DNA of 64,000 bases from an uncultured Rhodospirillaceae bacterium (GTDB lineage Bacteria > Pseudomonadota > Alphaproteobacteria > UBA8366): assembly GCA_964408805.1 (NCBI GenBank), contig CAYPAV010000001.1, forward strand, positions 606,024 through 670,023, written 5' to 3'. Below, piece by piece: positions 44,525 through 54,018 of this stretch. Position 1 is the stretch's first letter. Every line of letters begins with the position of its first letter. Below the pieces are notes generated by a model that was not told the origin of the DNA, searched no databases, and worked only from the letters and a program-made list of their open reading frames with translations. Both the position numbers and the translations under genes were made by a program.

Positions 44525-45099
44525 GACGCGTCCTCCGGCTCTTCCGGCGACTCCGATGCATGCCCCGGTTCGGGATCGCCGAAGCTCGTCGGCGGATCGA
44601 CCACCACCCGGTCTTGCGCGAGATCGATCTCCGGCACCACCTGCCGTGTGAAGGGAAAGACGACGCTGCCGCCCTCTTCCAGCGTGATCTCGATCATGTC
44701 GCCGGCGCCGAAATCGTGGAGCGCCTTGACGGTGCCATAGATGGCGCCGTTGGTCCGGACCGCTTGCAGGCCGATCAGGTCGGCGTAATAGAACTCGTCC
44801 TCGTCCTCGACATCGGGCAGCGCGTCGCGCGCGACATAGAGTTCGACGCCGCGCAGGCGCTCGGCCGCGTCGCGGTCGTCGATCCCGTCGATGCGCGCCA
44901 GCAGCATGCCGCGCGCATGGCCGTTCAACTTCAATCGCAGCGGCTTGCCGCCGGAATCCGTCAGCGGGCCGTAGGCGGCCAAATCGTCGGGATGGGCCGT
45001 GAAGCTTTTGACGCGCATCAGGCCCCGCACCCCATGGGGGGCGGTAATAACACCGATGCAGAGCCGCTGGCCGGCCATATCCACTGCCTCAAGTCGCAC
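44521..45099 (-). CDS. rimM: 16S rRNA processing protein RimM
   Basis: 192 aa from GTG at 45099 (alternative ATG at 45078). It has the pattern [16 protein letters not shown] and sits between rpsP and trmD. Confidence 0.9.
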   Translation of the reverse strand: MRLEAVDMAGQRLCIGVITAPHGVRGLMRVKSFTAHPDDLAAYGPLTDSGGKPLRLKLNGHARGMLLARIDGIDDRDAAERLRGVELYVARDALPDVEDEDEFYYADLIGLQAVRTNGAIYGTVKALHDFGAGDMIEITLEEGGSVVFPFTRQVVPEIDLAQDRVVVDPPTSFGDPEPGHASESPEEPEDAS

Positions 45100-45111
45100 G
45101 ACGATGGGGTC

Positions 45112-45693
45112 CTAATCCTTGCTCTCTTCCTTGCTTGCGGGTTCCTCGGTCGCCGGCGCGGCCTCGGCTTCCGCTTCTTCTGCCGCTGCTTCCTCTTCCG
45201 CGGGAGCCTCGGCTTCCTCGGTTGCGGCCTCTTCCGCGGCCGGCGCGGCCTCGGCTTCCGCTTCTTCCGCCGCCGTTTCCTCTTCCGCCGGCGCCTCGGC
45301 TTCCGCTTCTTCCGCCGGCGCTTCCGGCTCGGCGGCGGCCGCGTCCTCGACGGCCTTGGCCTTCTCCTCGGCTTCCTGTGCCCGGGCGACGGCCTTTGCC
45401 TTCGGCTGATTCTTCTTGGTCTGCTCGGGGATCGCCGGCACCGGCAGGATTTCCGCCCGGCCCAGGAATCGCGCGACGCGGTCCGATGGCCGCGCACCGA
45501 CGGAGAGCCAATGCTGAATCCGGTCCGTCACCAGCCGGACTCGGTCCGGGTCTTCCTTCGGCAGCATCGGATCATAGGTGCCGACGCGCTCGATGTAGCG
45601 TCCGTCTCGCGGCATCCGCGAATCGGCGACCACGATGCGGTAATAAGGGCGTTTCTTCGCACCACCCCGTGCCAGTCTGATCTTCAATGACAT
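45112..45693 (-). CDS. rpsP: 30S ribosomal protein S16 with a long Ala/Glu/Pro-rich C-terminal extension
   Basis: 193 aa. The core [26 protein letters not shown] is followed by about 100 aa of [11 protein letters not shown]-type low complexity. Confidence 0.95.
   Translation of the reverse strand: MSLKIRLARGGAKKRPYYRIVVADSRMPRDGRYIERVGTYDPMLPKEDPDRVRLVTDRIQHWLSVGARPSDRVARFLGRAEILPVPAIPEQTKKNQPKAKAVARAQEAEEKAKAVEDAAAAEPEAPAEEAEAEAPAEEETAAEEAEAEAAPAAEEAATEEAEAPAEEEAAAEEAEAEAAPATEEPASKEESKD
45121..45420. repeat. Low-complexity, internally repetitive GC-rich coding region (S16 tail)
   Basis: GGCCTCGGCTTCCGCTTCTTC recurs at about 45161 and about 45249, with related copies nearby. It encodes repeated [12 protein letters not shown] units. 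Confidence 0.8.
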
Positions 45694-45739
45694 ATCGTCA
45701 ATTCTCCAACCTTGTTGAAATCGCGAATTGGCCCGGCCG

Positions 45740-47110
45740 TCAGCCGCCGCCCATTCCAGGCGGCATTCCGGGCAGGCCCGGTAGTCCGTGGCGCGCCAAG
45801 CCCTTGTTTCCGAGCTTGCCCACCTTCTTCATCATCTTGTTCATCATCATGAACTGCTTCAGCAGCCGGTTGACGTCCTGGACCGACGTTCCCGAGCCCT
45901 TGGCGATCCGCCGCTTCCGCGAGGCCTGGATGATCTTCGGCCGGTGGCGTTCGTCGGGAGTCATCGAATAGAGGATCGCCCTTTGACGGCGGATCGCGGT
46001 TTCGTCCAGCTTGGCCTCGGCCATCTGCTTCTGCGCCTTGGCGACACCCGGCAGCATGCTCATCAGCCCACCGAGACCGCCCATATTCTGCAACTGGTCC
46101 AATTGATCGGCGAGATCGTCGAGATCCATCCCGCCTTTCTTGAGCTTCTTCGCCAGTTGCTCCGCCTTTTCGGCCTCGACGGTCTCGGAGACCTTCTCGA
46201 CCAGGCTCACGACGTCGCCCATGCCGAGGATGCGGCCGGCGATGCGGTCGGGATGAAAATCCTCCAGCGCGTCGAGTTTTTCGCCGACACCGATCAGCTT
46301 GATCGGGCAGCCGGTCACCGCGCGCATGGAGAGCGCCGCGCCGCCGCGCGCGTCGCCGTCGACGCGGGTCAAGGCGATACCGGTGAGACCCACCCGCTTG
46401 TTGAAACTGTCGGCCACGGTGACCGCGTCCTGGCCGGTCATCGCGTCGGCGACCAGCAGAATCTCGTGCGGCAGGACCTCGTCGCGGACCGTGGTGACCT
46501 CGTCCATTAGCATTTCGTCGATATGAAGGCGACCCGCGGTATCCAGTAGAACCACGTCGTACCCGCCGAGCCGACCCGCCTGGAGCGCCCGCTTGGCGAT
46601 ATCGACCGGCTGCTGACCGTCGACAACGGGTAGCGTCGGTACTTCGGCCTGTTGGCCCAGAACCTCGAGCTGTTGCTGGGCGGCCGGGCGGTAGACGTCG
46701 AGCGATGCCATCAGCACTTTCTTGCGCTCGCGGGTCTTCAACCGAAGGGCCAGCTTCGCCGTTGTCGTCGTCTTGCCCGAACCCTGCAGTCCGACCAGCA
46801 TGATCGCAACCGGCGGTTCCGCCGCGAGGCTGATGCCGCCGGCATCCTCGCCAAGGATTTCCACCAGGTGATCGTGCACGATCTTGACGACCATCTGTCC
46901 AGGCGTTACCGAACGGATGACTTCCTCGCCCAGCGCTTTGGTCTTCACCTCGGCAATGAAGTCGCGGACGACCGGAAGCGCCACGTCAGCCTCGAGCAGG
47001 GCGACGCGAATTTCGCGCATCGCCGTCTCCACGTCGCCCTCCTTGAGGGCGCCGCGCCTTGTCAGGCCGTCGAATATGCCGCCGAGGCGCTCGCCAAGGG
47101 TATCGAACAT
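45740..47110 (-). CDS. ffh: Signal recognition particle protein Ffh
   Basis: Lies in ORF 45740..47128. The ATG at 47110 gives the canonical [13 protein letters not shown]. It has GTPase motif [10 protein letters not shown] and a Met-rich M domain. Confidence 0.96.
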   Translation of the reverse strand: MFDTLGERLGGIFDGLTRRGALKEGDVETAMREIRVALLEADVALPVVRDFIAEVKTKALGEEVIRSVTPGQMVVKIVHDHLVEILGEDAGGISLAAEPPVAIMLVGLQGSGKTTTTAKLALRLKTRERKKVLMASLDVYRPAAQQQLEVLGQQAEVPTLPVVDGQQPVDIAKRALQAGRLGGYDVVLLDTAGRLHIDEMLMDEVTTVRDEVLPHEILLVADAMTGQDAVTVADSFNKRVGLTGIALTRVDGDARGGAALSMRAVTGCPIKLIGVGEKLDALEDFHPDRIAGRILGMGDVVSLVEKVSETVEAEKAEQLAKKLKKGGMDLDDLADQLDQLQNMGGLGGLMSMLPGVAKAQKQMAEAKLDETAIRRQRAILYSMTPDERHRPKIIQASRKRRIAKGSGTSVQDVNRLLKQFMMMNKMMKKVGKLGNKGLARHGLPGLPGMPPGMGGG

Positions 47111-47473
47111 GTCTGCTCCATGGGTCATCGCGGAAACGCCGACCGCGCCAGTGCGCGAATCTCGCGGACTGGCGGAGCCCCTGAGGGCCGGAAGATCGAT
47201 GCTTCCTCGAAAATCGACCGGCTTTTACGCCGAAGACGGCCGCAAGTCAAGCGAATCAGCGCGTTTGGGGCATCGGAGATCCGATCCCGCGGCAACACCT
47301 AAAACGGGTAAAACAAGATGACGACCCTTGCTTTTCCACTTGGATAAAATAAAATGCAAACAATAATCGTATCGAATTCGTATTTTTCGATCTTTTAAGA
47401 CGGTGAGGGAGAAATCATTATTAAAAAGGCGAGCAATACTTATATCAACACGCATGTCGGGCAGAAAATCCGA

Positions 47474-47794
47474 ATGCGACGCCGTGATATGAAGATGAGC
47501 CAGTCCACCTTGGGTGTCGCGGTCGGTGTCAGCTTCAAGCAGATACAGAAGTACGAAACCGGCGCCAACAGCATCAGTGCCGGCCGTCTGTACGATATCT
47601 GCGAAGTGCTCGATATCGAGATCGACTGGCTGTTCGAAGGTCTACCGCGGTCCTCCGAGACCGGGGTCGTGGCGGTGCCGAAGGTGGCGGACCGCGAAAG
47701 CGCCCGCTTGGTCAACACCTATTACGACATCCGGGACGAGGGTCTGCGGCGTCATTTCCTGGGCCTTCTCAGATCGATCGCCGACAACTACTGA
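47474..47794 (+). CDS. XRE-family helix-turn-helix transcriptional regulator
   Basis: 106 aa from the first ATG. The HTH is MSQSTLGVAVGVSFKQIQKYETGANSISAGRLYDICEVL. Conserved-looking helix-1 sequence (THVGQKIR) is encoded in frame upstream of the ATG, so the real start may lie at 47414-47420 (ATC/ATT). Confidence 0.8.
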   Translation: MRRRDMKMSQSTLGVAVGVSFKQIQKYETGANSISAGRLYDICEVLDIEIDWLFEGLPRSSETGVVAVPKVADRESARLVNTYYDIRDEGLRRHFLGLLRSIADNY

Positions 47795-47919
47795 TCCGAG
47801 GGTCGCGGCGGCGGCAGCGCTCAAACCGGTGGACAGTACGGGCCCGGTGACCATATAAGGCCATCCTGACAAAGGTCGGCGCCATTCGGGAAGCCGACCA
47901 TGGCGAGCGATGGCAAGCG

Positions 47920-48759
47920 ATGACGGCAATACCCTTTACCAAGATGCACGGCGCCGGAAACGATTTCGTCATTATCGACAGGCGATCGTCGGAAGCGGCG
48001 ATTCCGGCCGATCGGTTGCGTGCGATCGCCGATCGGCGGCGCGGGGTTGGCTGCGACCAGATCGTCCTGATCGAGGCGCCGCGGAACGGGGCCGCCGATG
48101 TTCGTCTGGTTTTTCACAACGCCGACGGCGGCGAGGCAGGTGCTTGCGGCAATGGGACGCGCTGCGTGGCCGCCAAGCTGATGGCGGCGAATGGCACCGA
48201 CACGCTTTCGATCGAGACGGCGACGGGCCTTCTCGGGGCCGTTCGCGCGCGCGACGGCGCCGTTACGGTCGATATGGGCCCGGCCGGGAACGAATGGCGC
48301 GATGTGCCCCTCTCCGAGGCCGCGGATACGCTTCGGCTCGATGTCGGCGGCGGAGCGTTCGGAAATCCGGTCGCGGTCGGCATGGGCAATCCGCATTGCG
48401 TCTTCTTCGTCGAGGACGCGGAGGCCGTCGATCTCGATCGCTGGGGACCGGAATTCGAGAACCACGCCCTTTTCCCCGAGCGGACCAATGTCGAATTCGT
48501 AACCGTGCGGCCGGACGGCGGGCTTCGCATGCGGGTTTGGGAGCGCGGTGTCGGCGTAACGCTGGCCTGCGGCAGCGGCGTCTGTGCCGTCGTCGTCGCG
48601 GCCTCTCGTCGCGATCTGATAAGCGGCCGCGCCGCCGAGGTAGTCGCCGATGGCGGAATCCTCTCGGCCGAATGGCGCGCCGATGACGGGCATGTGATTC
48701 TCGGCGGACCGGTCGCGACCAGCTTTACCGGCGAACTGACGATGGCGGAGCCGTCATGA
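47920..48759 (+). CDS. dapF: Diaminopimelate epimerase
   Basis: 279 aa with MHGAGNDFVIID and catalytic Cys contexts CGNGTRC and CGSGVCA. Confidence 0.96.
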   Translation: MTAIPFTKMHGAGNDFVIIDRRSSEAAIPADRLRAIADRRRGVGCDQIVLIEAPRNGAADVRLVFHNADGGEAGACGNGTRCVAAKLMAANGTDTLSIETATGLLGAVRARDGAVTVDMGPAGNEWRDVPLSEAADTLRLDVGGGAFGNPVAVGMGNPHCVFFVEDAEAVDLDRWGPEFENHALFPERTNVEFVTVRPDGGLRMRVWERGVGVTLACGSGVCAVVVAASRRDLISGRAAEVVADGGILSAEWRADDGHVILGGPVATSFTGELTMAEPS

Positions 48760-50012
48760 ACAAGCCGTCCGAGATCATCACCTTCGGCTGCCGGCTCAAT
48801 TCTTATGAATCGGAAGTCATGCGCGGGCATGCGGCGGCCGCCGGCCATGCCGAGCTTGTCGTCGTCAACACCTGTGCGGTTACTCGCGAGGCCGAGCGTC
48901 AGGCACGCCAGGCAATTCGGCGGGCGCGGCGACAAAAGCCTGCGGCACGCATCGTGGTCACCGGCTGTGCGGCACAGATCGACCCGGCGGCTTATGCCGC
49001 CATGCCCGAGGTCGATCAGGTCCTCGGCAACGAGGAAAAATTGAACCCGGCGAGTTTCACCGACAGCGCGCCCGTCCTGGTCAACGATATCATGTCGGTC
49101 AACAACACCGCCGGTCATCTGATCCAGGGCTTCGAGGGCCGTGCGCGTGCTTTCGTGCAGGTCCAGCAGGGCTGCGACCACCGCTGTACCTTCTGCGTCA
49201 TCCCGTTTGGCCGCGGCAACAGCCGTTCGGTGCCGATCGGCGAAATCACGGCTCAAGTTACCGCCCTGGTCGAGAACGGCTATGGCGAAGTGGTGTTGAG
49301 CGGCGTCGATATCTCGTCCTACGGCGGCGATCTGCCGGGCCGGCCTAGCCTCGGTCAGATGGCCCGTCGCCTGCTGGCCCAGGTGTCGGGTTTGAAGCGG
49401 TTGCGCATTTCCTCGATCGACTGCATCGAGATTGACGACGATCTGAAGCGCCTTTTGGCCGAGGAACCGCGCCTGATGCCGCATCTGCATCTGTCGCTGC
49501 AATCGGGTGACGATCTGATCCTGAAGCGGATGAAACGCCGACATGACCGACAGGGAGCGATCCGGCTTTGCGCGGAGCTCCGCGACCTCAGGCCCGATAT
49601 CGTCTTCGGCGCCGATCTGATCGCCGGTTTTCCGACCGAAACCGAGGCCATGTTCCGGCAATCTTGCGACTTGATCGCGGAATGCGGGCTCACATGGCTG
49701 CATGTGTTTCCTTATTCGGAACGGCCGGGCACGCCGGCCGCACGAATGCCGCAAGTACCCATGGCCGAGCGCCGGGCCCGCGCCGGCGAACTTCGGCGGC
49801 TGGGTGAAGCGGCGGCCGCGCAATATTTCGAGCGTCGGGTCGGCACCGTCGAACGGGTTCTGGTCGAGGAGTCGGGACGTGGGCACAGCGAACACTTCGC
49901 ACCGGTCGCGCTCGATCGGCCGGTATCTCCGGGCCAAATCGTCGCTGCCCGAGTCGACGGCGTCGATGACGATCGATTGCGGGCGACCGTTCTCGAAAGG
50001 CGGGCGGCATGA
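48756..50012 (+). CDS. mtaB: tRNA (t6A37) methylthiotransferase MtaB (radical SAM)
   Basis: 418 aa with an N-terminal UPF0004 domain (FGCRLNSYE), the radical-SAM motif CDHRCTFC and a TRAM-like C-terminus. It overlaps dapF by 4 nt. Confidence 0.9.
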   Translation: MNKPSEIITFGCRLNSYESEVMRGHAAAAGHAELVVVNTCAVTREAERQARQAIRRARRQKPAARIVVTGCAAQIDPAAYAAMPEVDQVLGNEEKLNPASFTDSAPVLVNDIMSVNNTAGHLIQGFEGRARAFVQVQQGCDHRCTFCVIPFGRGNSRSVPIGEITAQVTALVENGYGEVVLSGVDISSYGGDLPGRPSLGQMARRLLAQVSGLKRLRISSIDCIEIDDDLKRLLAEEPRLMPHLHLSLQSGDDLILKRMKRRHDRQGAIRLCAELRDLRPDIVFGADLIAGFPTETEAMFRQSCDLIAECGLTWLHVFPYSERPGTPAARMPQVPMAERRARAGELRRLGEAAAAQYFERRVGTVERVLVEESGRGHSEHFAPVALDRPVSPGQIVAARVDGVDDDRLRATVLERRAA

Positions 50013-50941
50013 GCGAAGGCGGTTGGCTGCGCCGCCTTGCGACCGGCCTCAAGAAATCTTCGGCGCGGCTGGTAGACGGCGTCGCCCATGTTCTGACCCG
50101 AGGCCGGCTCGATGCCGAGGCGTTACAAGAACTCGAGGATTTGTTGATCACCGCTGATCTTGGCCCGGCGACGGCGGCGGCATTGGCGGGTAAGCTGGCC
50201 GAGCGTCGGATTGAACGTGACGTCGAGCCGGAGGAGATTCGCGGCTACCTCGCCGAGGATATCGCGGAAATTCTGGCGCCGGTGGCGCGGCCACTGGAAT
50301 TTAGACCCCGGCACCACCCCCATATCGTCCTCGTCGTCGGCGTCAACGGTACCGGCAAGACGACCACCATCGGCAAGCTGGCCCGCCGTTTCGTCGATGC
50401 CGGGCAACAAGTGATGCTGGCCGCGGGCGATACCTTCCGGGCGGCCGCCGTCGAGCAATTGTCGATCTGGGGCGAGCGGACCGGCTGTGCGGTGGTGGCA
50501 CGCGAGACGGGGGCCGATCCGGCGGGGCTCGTCTTCGACGCGATCGAGCAGGCGCGACATGACGGGGCCGACATTCTGCTGGTCGACACGGCCGGGCGGC
50601 TCCACAACAAGGCCGACCTGATGGCGGAGCTCCAGAAGATCCAGCGGGTCATGCAAAAGCTCGATGCGAGTGCGCCGCACGACGTGTTACTGGTCTTGGA
50701 TTCGACCACCGGCCAGAACGCCTTGGCGCAGGTCGAGACGTTCCGCGATTTGGTCGATGTGACCGGGCTGGTTTTGACCAAGCTCGACGGCACCGCGAAG
50801 GGCGGCGTTCTGGTGGCGCTGGCCGAAAAATTCGCCCTGCCGGTGCATGCGATCGGCGTCGGCGAGGGTGCGGAGGACCTACGCCCCTTTTCGGCCCGGG
50901 ACTTCGCCCGCAATCTGATGGGTTTCCCGCCCGAGGCTTAG
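50009..50941 (+). CDS. ftsY: Signal recognition particle receptor FtsY (short form)
   Basis: 310 aa with GTPase motifs GVNGTGKTTTIGKLA, DTAGR and TKLDG. It overlaps mtaB by 4 nt. Confidence 0.96.
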   Translation: MSEGGWLRRLATGLKKSSARLVDGVAHVLTRGRLDAEALQELEDLLITADLGPATAAALAGKLAERRIERDVEPEEIRGYLAEDIAEILAPVARPLEFRPRHHPHIVLVVGVNGTGKTTTIGKLARRFVDAGQQVMLAAGDTFRAAAVEQLSIWGERTGCAVVARETGADPAGLVFDAIEQARHDGADILLVDTAGRLHNKADLMAELQKIQRVMQKLDASAPHDVLLVLDSTTGQNALAQVETFRDLVDVTGLVLTKLDGTAKGGVLVALAEKFALPVHAIGVGEGAEDLRPFSARDFARNLMGFPPEA

Positions 50942-51015
50942 GGTCCTTCGTCCGGCGGCCGCCGATCTGGATTCCATTTACGGCGGCGACTAGAGTCGAT
51001 TTAGGGAGGCGCGCC

Positions 51016-51933
51016 TTGGCACGACGGAAACCGGAGATCGATGGAGAGACGGCGAAACGGGCGATTCTGGACTATTGCGCGCGAAAGGGCGCGCTGGCGG
51101 CCGGCGTCGCCGATCTAGACGCACTCAATCGCATCGCCCCAGAGGGACACCGTCCCGCCGATATCATGCCGCGCGTCAAATCGGTCATCTCGCTCGGCGT
51201 CGGCGGCCAGACCCAGGGGGCCTGGTCCGTGCCCGCGAAGGCGATGGGCTATTTCGGCAGCACCGAGACCCGCGCCTACGGGATCGCCTATGGCTGCGCT
51301 TTTTTCATCGAGAGCCGATTCCTGGCACGGGCCGTCTACTGTCCGCCCGATCTCGACAATGAAGCCGGACCGAGGGTACCGCTGCAAAGCCTGAAACTGC
51401 ATGCCGAACTGGCAGGCATCGGCGCGCGCTCGTTGGCCGGCGACATCCTCTTGCATCCGGAATTTGGATACATGTATTTCGCCTCGGTCTTCACTGAGTT
51501 GGAATTGCCGCCCGACGCGCCGATGGCGGAAAATCCCTGTCCACACGACTCCTGTGTCTCGATGTATCGCCGAACCGGTCAGACGCCCTGCATGAAGTTC
51601 TGTCCGGTGCAGTGCCTCAGCGGCGCGATCGACGAGGCGGGGCGGCAATCGGAGATGCACTACGACATGGCGAAATGCGCGGAACTCTCTGAACAATACG
51701 AAACCTTGCCGCTGATCCTGACCGAGGCGATGAAGGCCGAGACGTCCGTGGAGCGCGAGGCGGTGTTGATGGACCCGGACGCCTCGATGCTCTGGTACAA
51801 GATGTCGGTCGGCTCGGGCGGCCTGCTGGCCCAGTGTTTCGAATGCATGCGGGTCTGTCCGATCGCGACCCAGGCGCCGCTTGCCGATCCGATCCGCCGA
51901 GCCGAAGCGACGGCCGGTGAGGACGCGACATGA
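51016..51933 (+). CDS. Divergent Fe-S protein resembling the epoxyqueuosine reductase (QueG) / reductive dehalogenase fold
   Basis: 305 aa from TTG at 51016. The N-terminal and central blocks (LHAELAGIGARSLAGDILLHPEFGYMYFASVFTELELPPD) resemble QueG. The Cys motifs are CMKFCPVQC and CFECMRVCP. Confidence 0.55.
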   Translation: MARRKPEIDGETAKRAILDYCARKGALAAGVADLDALNRIAPEGHRPADIMPRVKSVISLGVGGQTQGAWSVPAKAMGYFGSTETRAYGIAYGCAFFIESRFLARAVYCPPDLDNEAGPRVPLQSLKLHAELAGIGARSLAGDILLHPEFGYMYFASVFTELELPPDAPMAENPCPHDSCVSMYRRTGQTPCMKFCPVQCLSGAIDEAGRQSEMHYDMAKCAELSEQYETLPLILTEAMKAETSVEREAVLMDPDASMLWYKMSVGSGGLLAQCFECMRVCPIATQAPLADPIRRAEATAGEDAT

Positions 51934-53180
51934 CTCGCGGGCTCTCAAGCGATCAGATCGGCGTCACCCAAGGCATGATCGAGAATTTCGGCGATCTTGT
52001 CTTCGAGCTGTCGCATAACGTCCAGCATCGGCGGGGAGATCCGATTCGTGAGCTCGATTTCGCCGCGATCGAGGCACAGCGGCCGGCGCTCGGGCTTGCG
52101 GATGGGGAAATCGCCCGGCGCCTCGGCCTGACGCCGGATCAAGTCACGCACATTCGCAATCTGGTGGAGCGCCGCCGCATCGTCGCCAACAACTATCAGC
52201 GGCTGCTCGGGCTCGGCGGCGGCCGGCGATTTCGCGCCGAGCAATTCGTCGCACCCGAGGCGCGCCCGGCCTTGAGCGAGACCGCATTGGCCCTCAGATC
52301 CGGGTTGCGGATCGATCCGGCACGCACCCGGCGTCACGTGGCGGCTGGGTGGTGGGGGGCAGACACACTGGCCGGTTGGCTTGCCGCGCGGGCAATCGAG
52401 CGACCGGAGGGGCCGGCACTCGATGCGGGCGGCGACGTGTTGGACTACGGCAACTTGACCCGCCGGGTCGAGAGACTTGCGGCCGGCCTGTTGTCGGCGG
52501 GGCATGGTCCGGGCGATCTCGTGCGGTTGCGTGCCGAGGACCGGGTCTCGGCCATTCTCGGCTATCTCGCACTGGCGCGGATCGGCGCCGTCACGGTGAT
52601 CTTGCCACCGCGCGAGGCGACGCCGGATTTTGCGGCACCTGTTGATCTGAAGACTCTGGCCGAGGGCAATCCGGCCGATCTTCCTCCCCCGTCGATGCTG
52701 GCCGCCGCCGACCCTCTCTATCTCCTCCGGACGGGGAGCGGCGATTTCGCGGTGCATACCGGGCATTCCGCGCTCGGCACGGCCTCGGCCGTGGCGGGCG
52801 TGATGGAGATCGAACCGGGAAGCCGCGTCGTCATCGATAGTGCCGCGGGTCTCGCCTTGCTGCATCTGGCCTTTGCGGTCGGTGCCACGGTGGTGTTGGA
52901 CGATGGCGAGGGATCGCGGCCGTCCTTCTGGGGATTGCCGGCACTTCCCCTAGCCCTCCTCGGTACGGCGGATGGGGCCGACGACCGCTTTGCCGGATCG
53001 CCCGCCCCGGGTGTCGAGGTTCGGCTGGATGGAAGCGGCCGGCTCGAACTTTCCGGTGCCCCGCTCGCCGCCGGCTTTTTCCCGCATCGGACTCCGGAAG
53101 CGATCGATGCGGCGGGCTGGCTCCGAACGAGACTCAGCGCCGAGATTGCCGAGGATGGTTTGGTGCGTCTGTCACCCTAG
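51930..53180 (+). CDS. Hypothetical fusion of an N-terminal HTH-like region and a shortened, degenerate adenylate-forming (AMP-binding-like) domain
   Basis: 416 aa. The ATGA overlap with the upstream gene suggests coupling. Residues from about 150 onward resemble the start of acyl-CoA synthetases (LDYGNLTRRVERLAAGLLSAGHGPGDLVRL...LARIGAVTVILPP). The P-loop position reads LLRTGSGDFAVHTGHS, not TSGTTGxPKG. Confidence 0.55.
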   Translation: MTRGLSSDQIGVTQGMIENFGDLVFELSHNVQHRRGDPIRELDFAAIEAQRPALGLADGEIARRLGLTPDQVTHIRNLVERRRIVANNYQRLLGLGGGRRFRAEQFVAPEARPALSETALALRSGLRIDPARTRRHVAAGWWGADTLAGWLAARAIERPEGPALDAGGDVLDYGNLTRRVERLAAGLLSAGHGPGDLVRLRAEDRVSAILGYLALARIGAVTVILPPREATPDFAAPVDLKTLAEGNPADLPPPSMLAAADPLYLLRTGSGDFAVHTGHSALGTASAVAGVMEIEPGSRVVIDSAAGLALLHLAFAVGATVVLDDGEGSRPSFWGLPALPLALLGTADGADDRFAGSPAPGVEVRLDGSGRLELSGAPLAAGFFPHRTPEAIDAAGWLRTRLSAEIAEDGLVRLSP

Positions 53181-53325
53181 CGCTGCGTTTCGTTGAGCGG
53201 CCAAGACGGGTTCACAGTTCGTTAAGAACCTCGGCATAGGATAGCTATAGGGGATATTCGTATCGTTCCAGCAGTCTGCAATCGTCACGTGGTGGACGTC
53301 AGTGAAGCAAAATCGGGGTTAAGGA

Positions 53326-53862
53326 ATGGAAGTCGACGACAATGAGAAGCTCCTGCGCGAGGTCGGGAACCTGGTCAACTACACGAATAGACTGCGCCAG
53401 GAAATCGCCGGGATCGTCCGCCGCAAGGATGACCAGACGGCGTTCGAAAGCATGTCGAGCCAGCTCGACGAAATCGTCTCAGCGACATCGAATGCGACCC
53501 ATACGATCCTGGAGAGCATCGAGACGATCGAATCCGCGGCCGACCACCTCCGCATGCATCCGGACGATGAGGGCGTCGATGAACAATGCGAGCGCATCTC
53601 GGCCATGACGATGCAGGCGATGGAGGCCTGCAGTTTCCAGGACATTACCGGTCAGCGAGTCACCAAGATCGTCAGTTCCCTCCGCTTCATCGAGGAGCAC
53701 GTCGACGCGATGGCGGAAATATGGGGCAAGGAAGCGATCGACTCGCTTAGTTCCGAACTTGCACCGGTCGAGGAGAAGGGGGACGACGGCGTGCCGCTCG
53801 AGGGTCCGGCGATGCCCGGTGAAGCCATTTCCCAGGCCGATATCGACGCTTTGTTCGATTAG
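53326..53862 (+). CDS. CheZ-like protein phosphatase
   Basis: 178 aa. The active-site motif FQDITGQ gives a DxxxQ pair (Asp106/Gln110). The product is a predicted long helical protein with an acidic C-terminal peptide SQADIDALFD, like the CheY-binding tail of CheZ. Confidence 0.7.
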   Translation: MEVDDNEKLLREVGNLVNYTNRLRQEIAGIVRRKDDQTAFESMSSQLDEIVSATSNATHTILESIETIESAADHLRMHPDDEGVDEQCERISAMTMQAMEACSFQDITGQRVTKIVSSLRFIEEHVDAMAEIWGKEAIDSLSSELAPVEEKGDDGVPLEGPAMPGEAISQADIDALFD

Positions 53863-54018
53863 TCCCTTCGTTGATAGACGGATTCCCGTCCCGAAATTTT
53901 TCGATCTAGCGGGAACAATATTCCATTAGGTCCACTTCTTGTGACCGCCGGCCGGTATAAGTTATCGGAGGAACAACGCGGTGTGGGAATCGATTGGAAT
54001 TTTGAAGGAGATGGCATC

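Noticed and set aside
47111-47473. Search for a tRNA, SRP RNA or other structured RNA in the long ffh-XRE gap. The gaps at 30059-30304 and 7756-7976 were checked too.
   Set aside because: No cloverleaf-compatible T-loop (GGTTCGAATCC-like) or other recognisable RNA motifs were seen. Only short generic hairpins are present.
48114-49937. A 607-aa minus-strand ORF.
   Set aside because: It is antisense to dapF and mtaB, both of which have clear catalytic motifs. It has no recognisable domain and is a shadow ORF.
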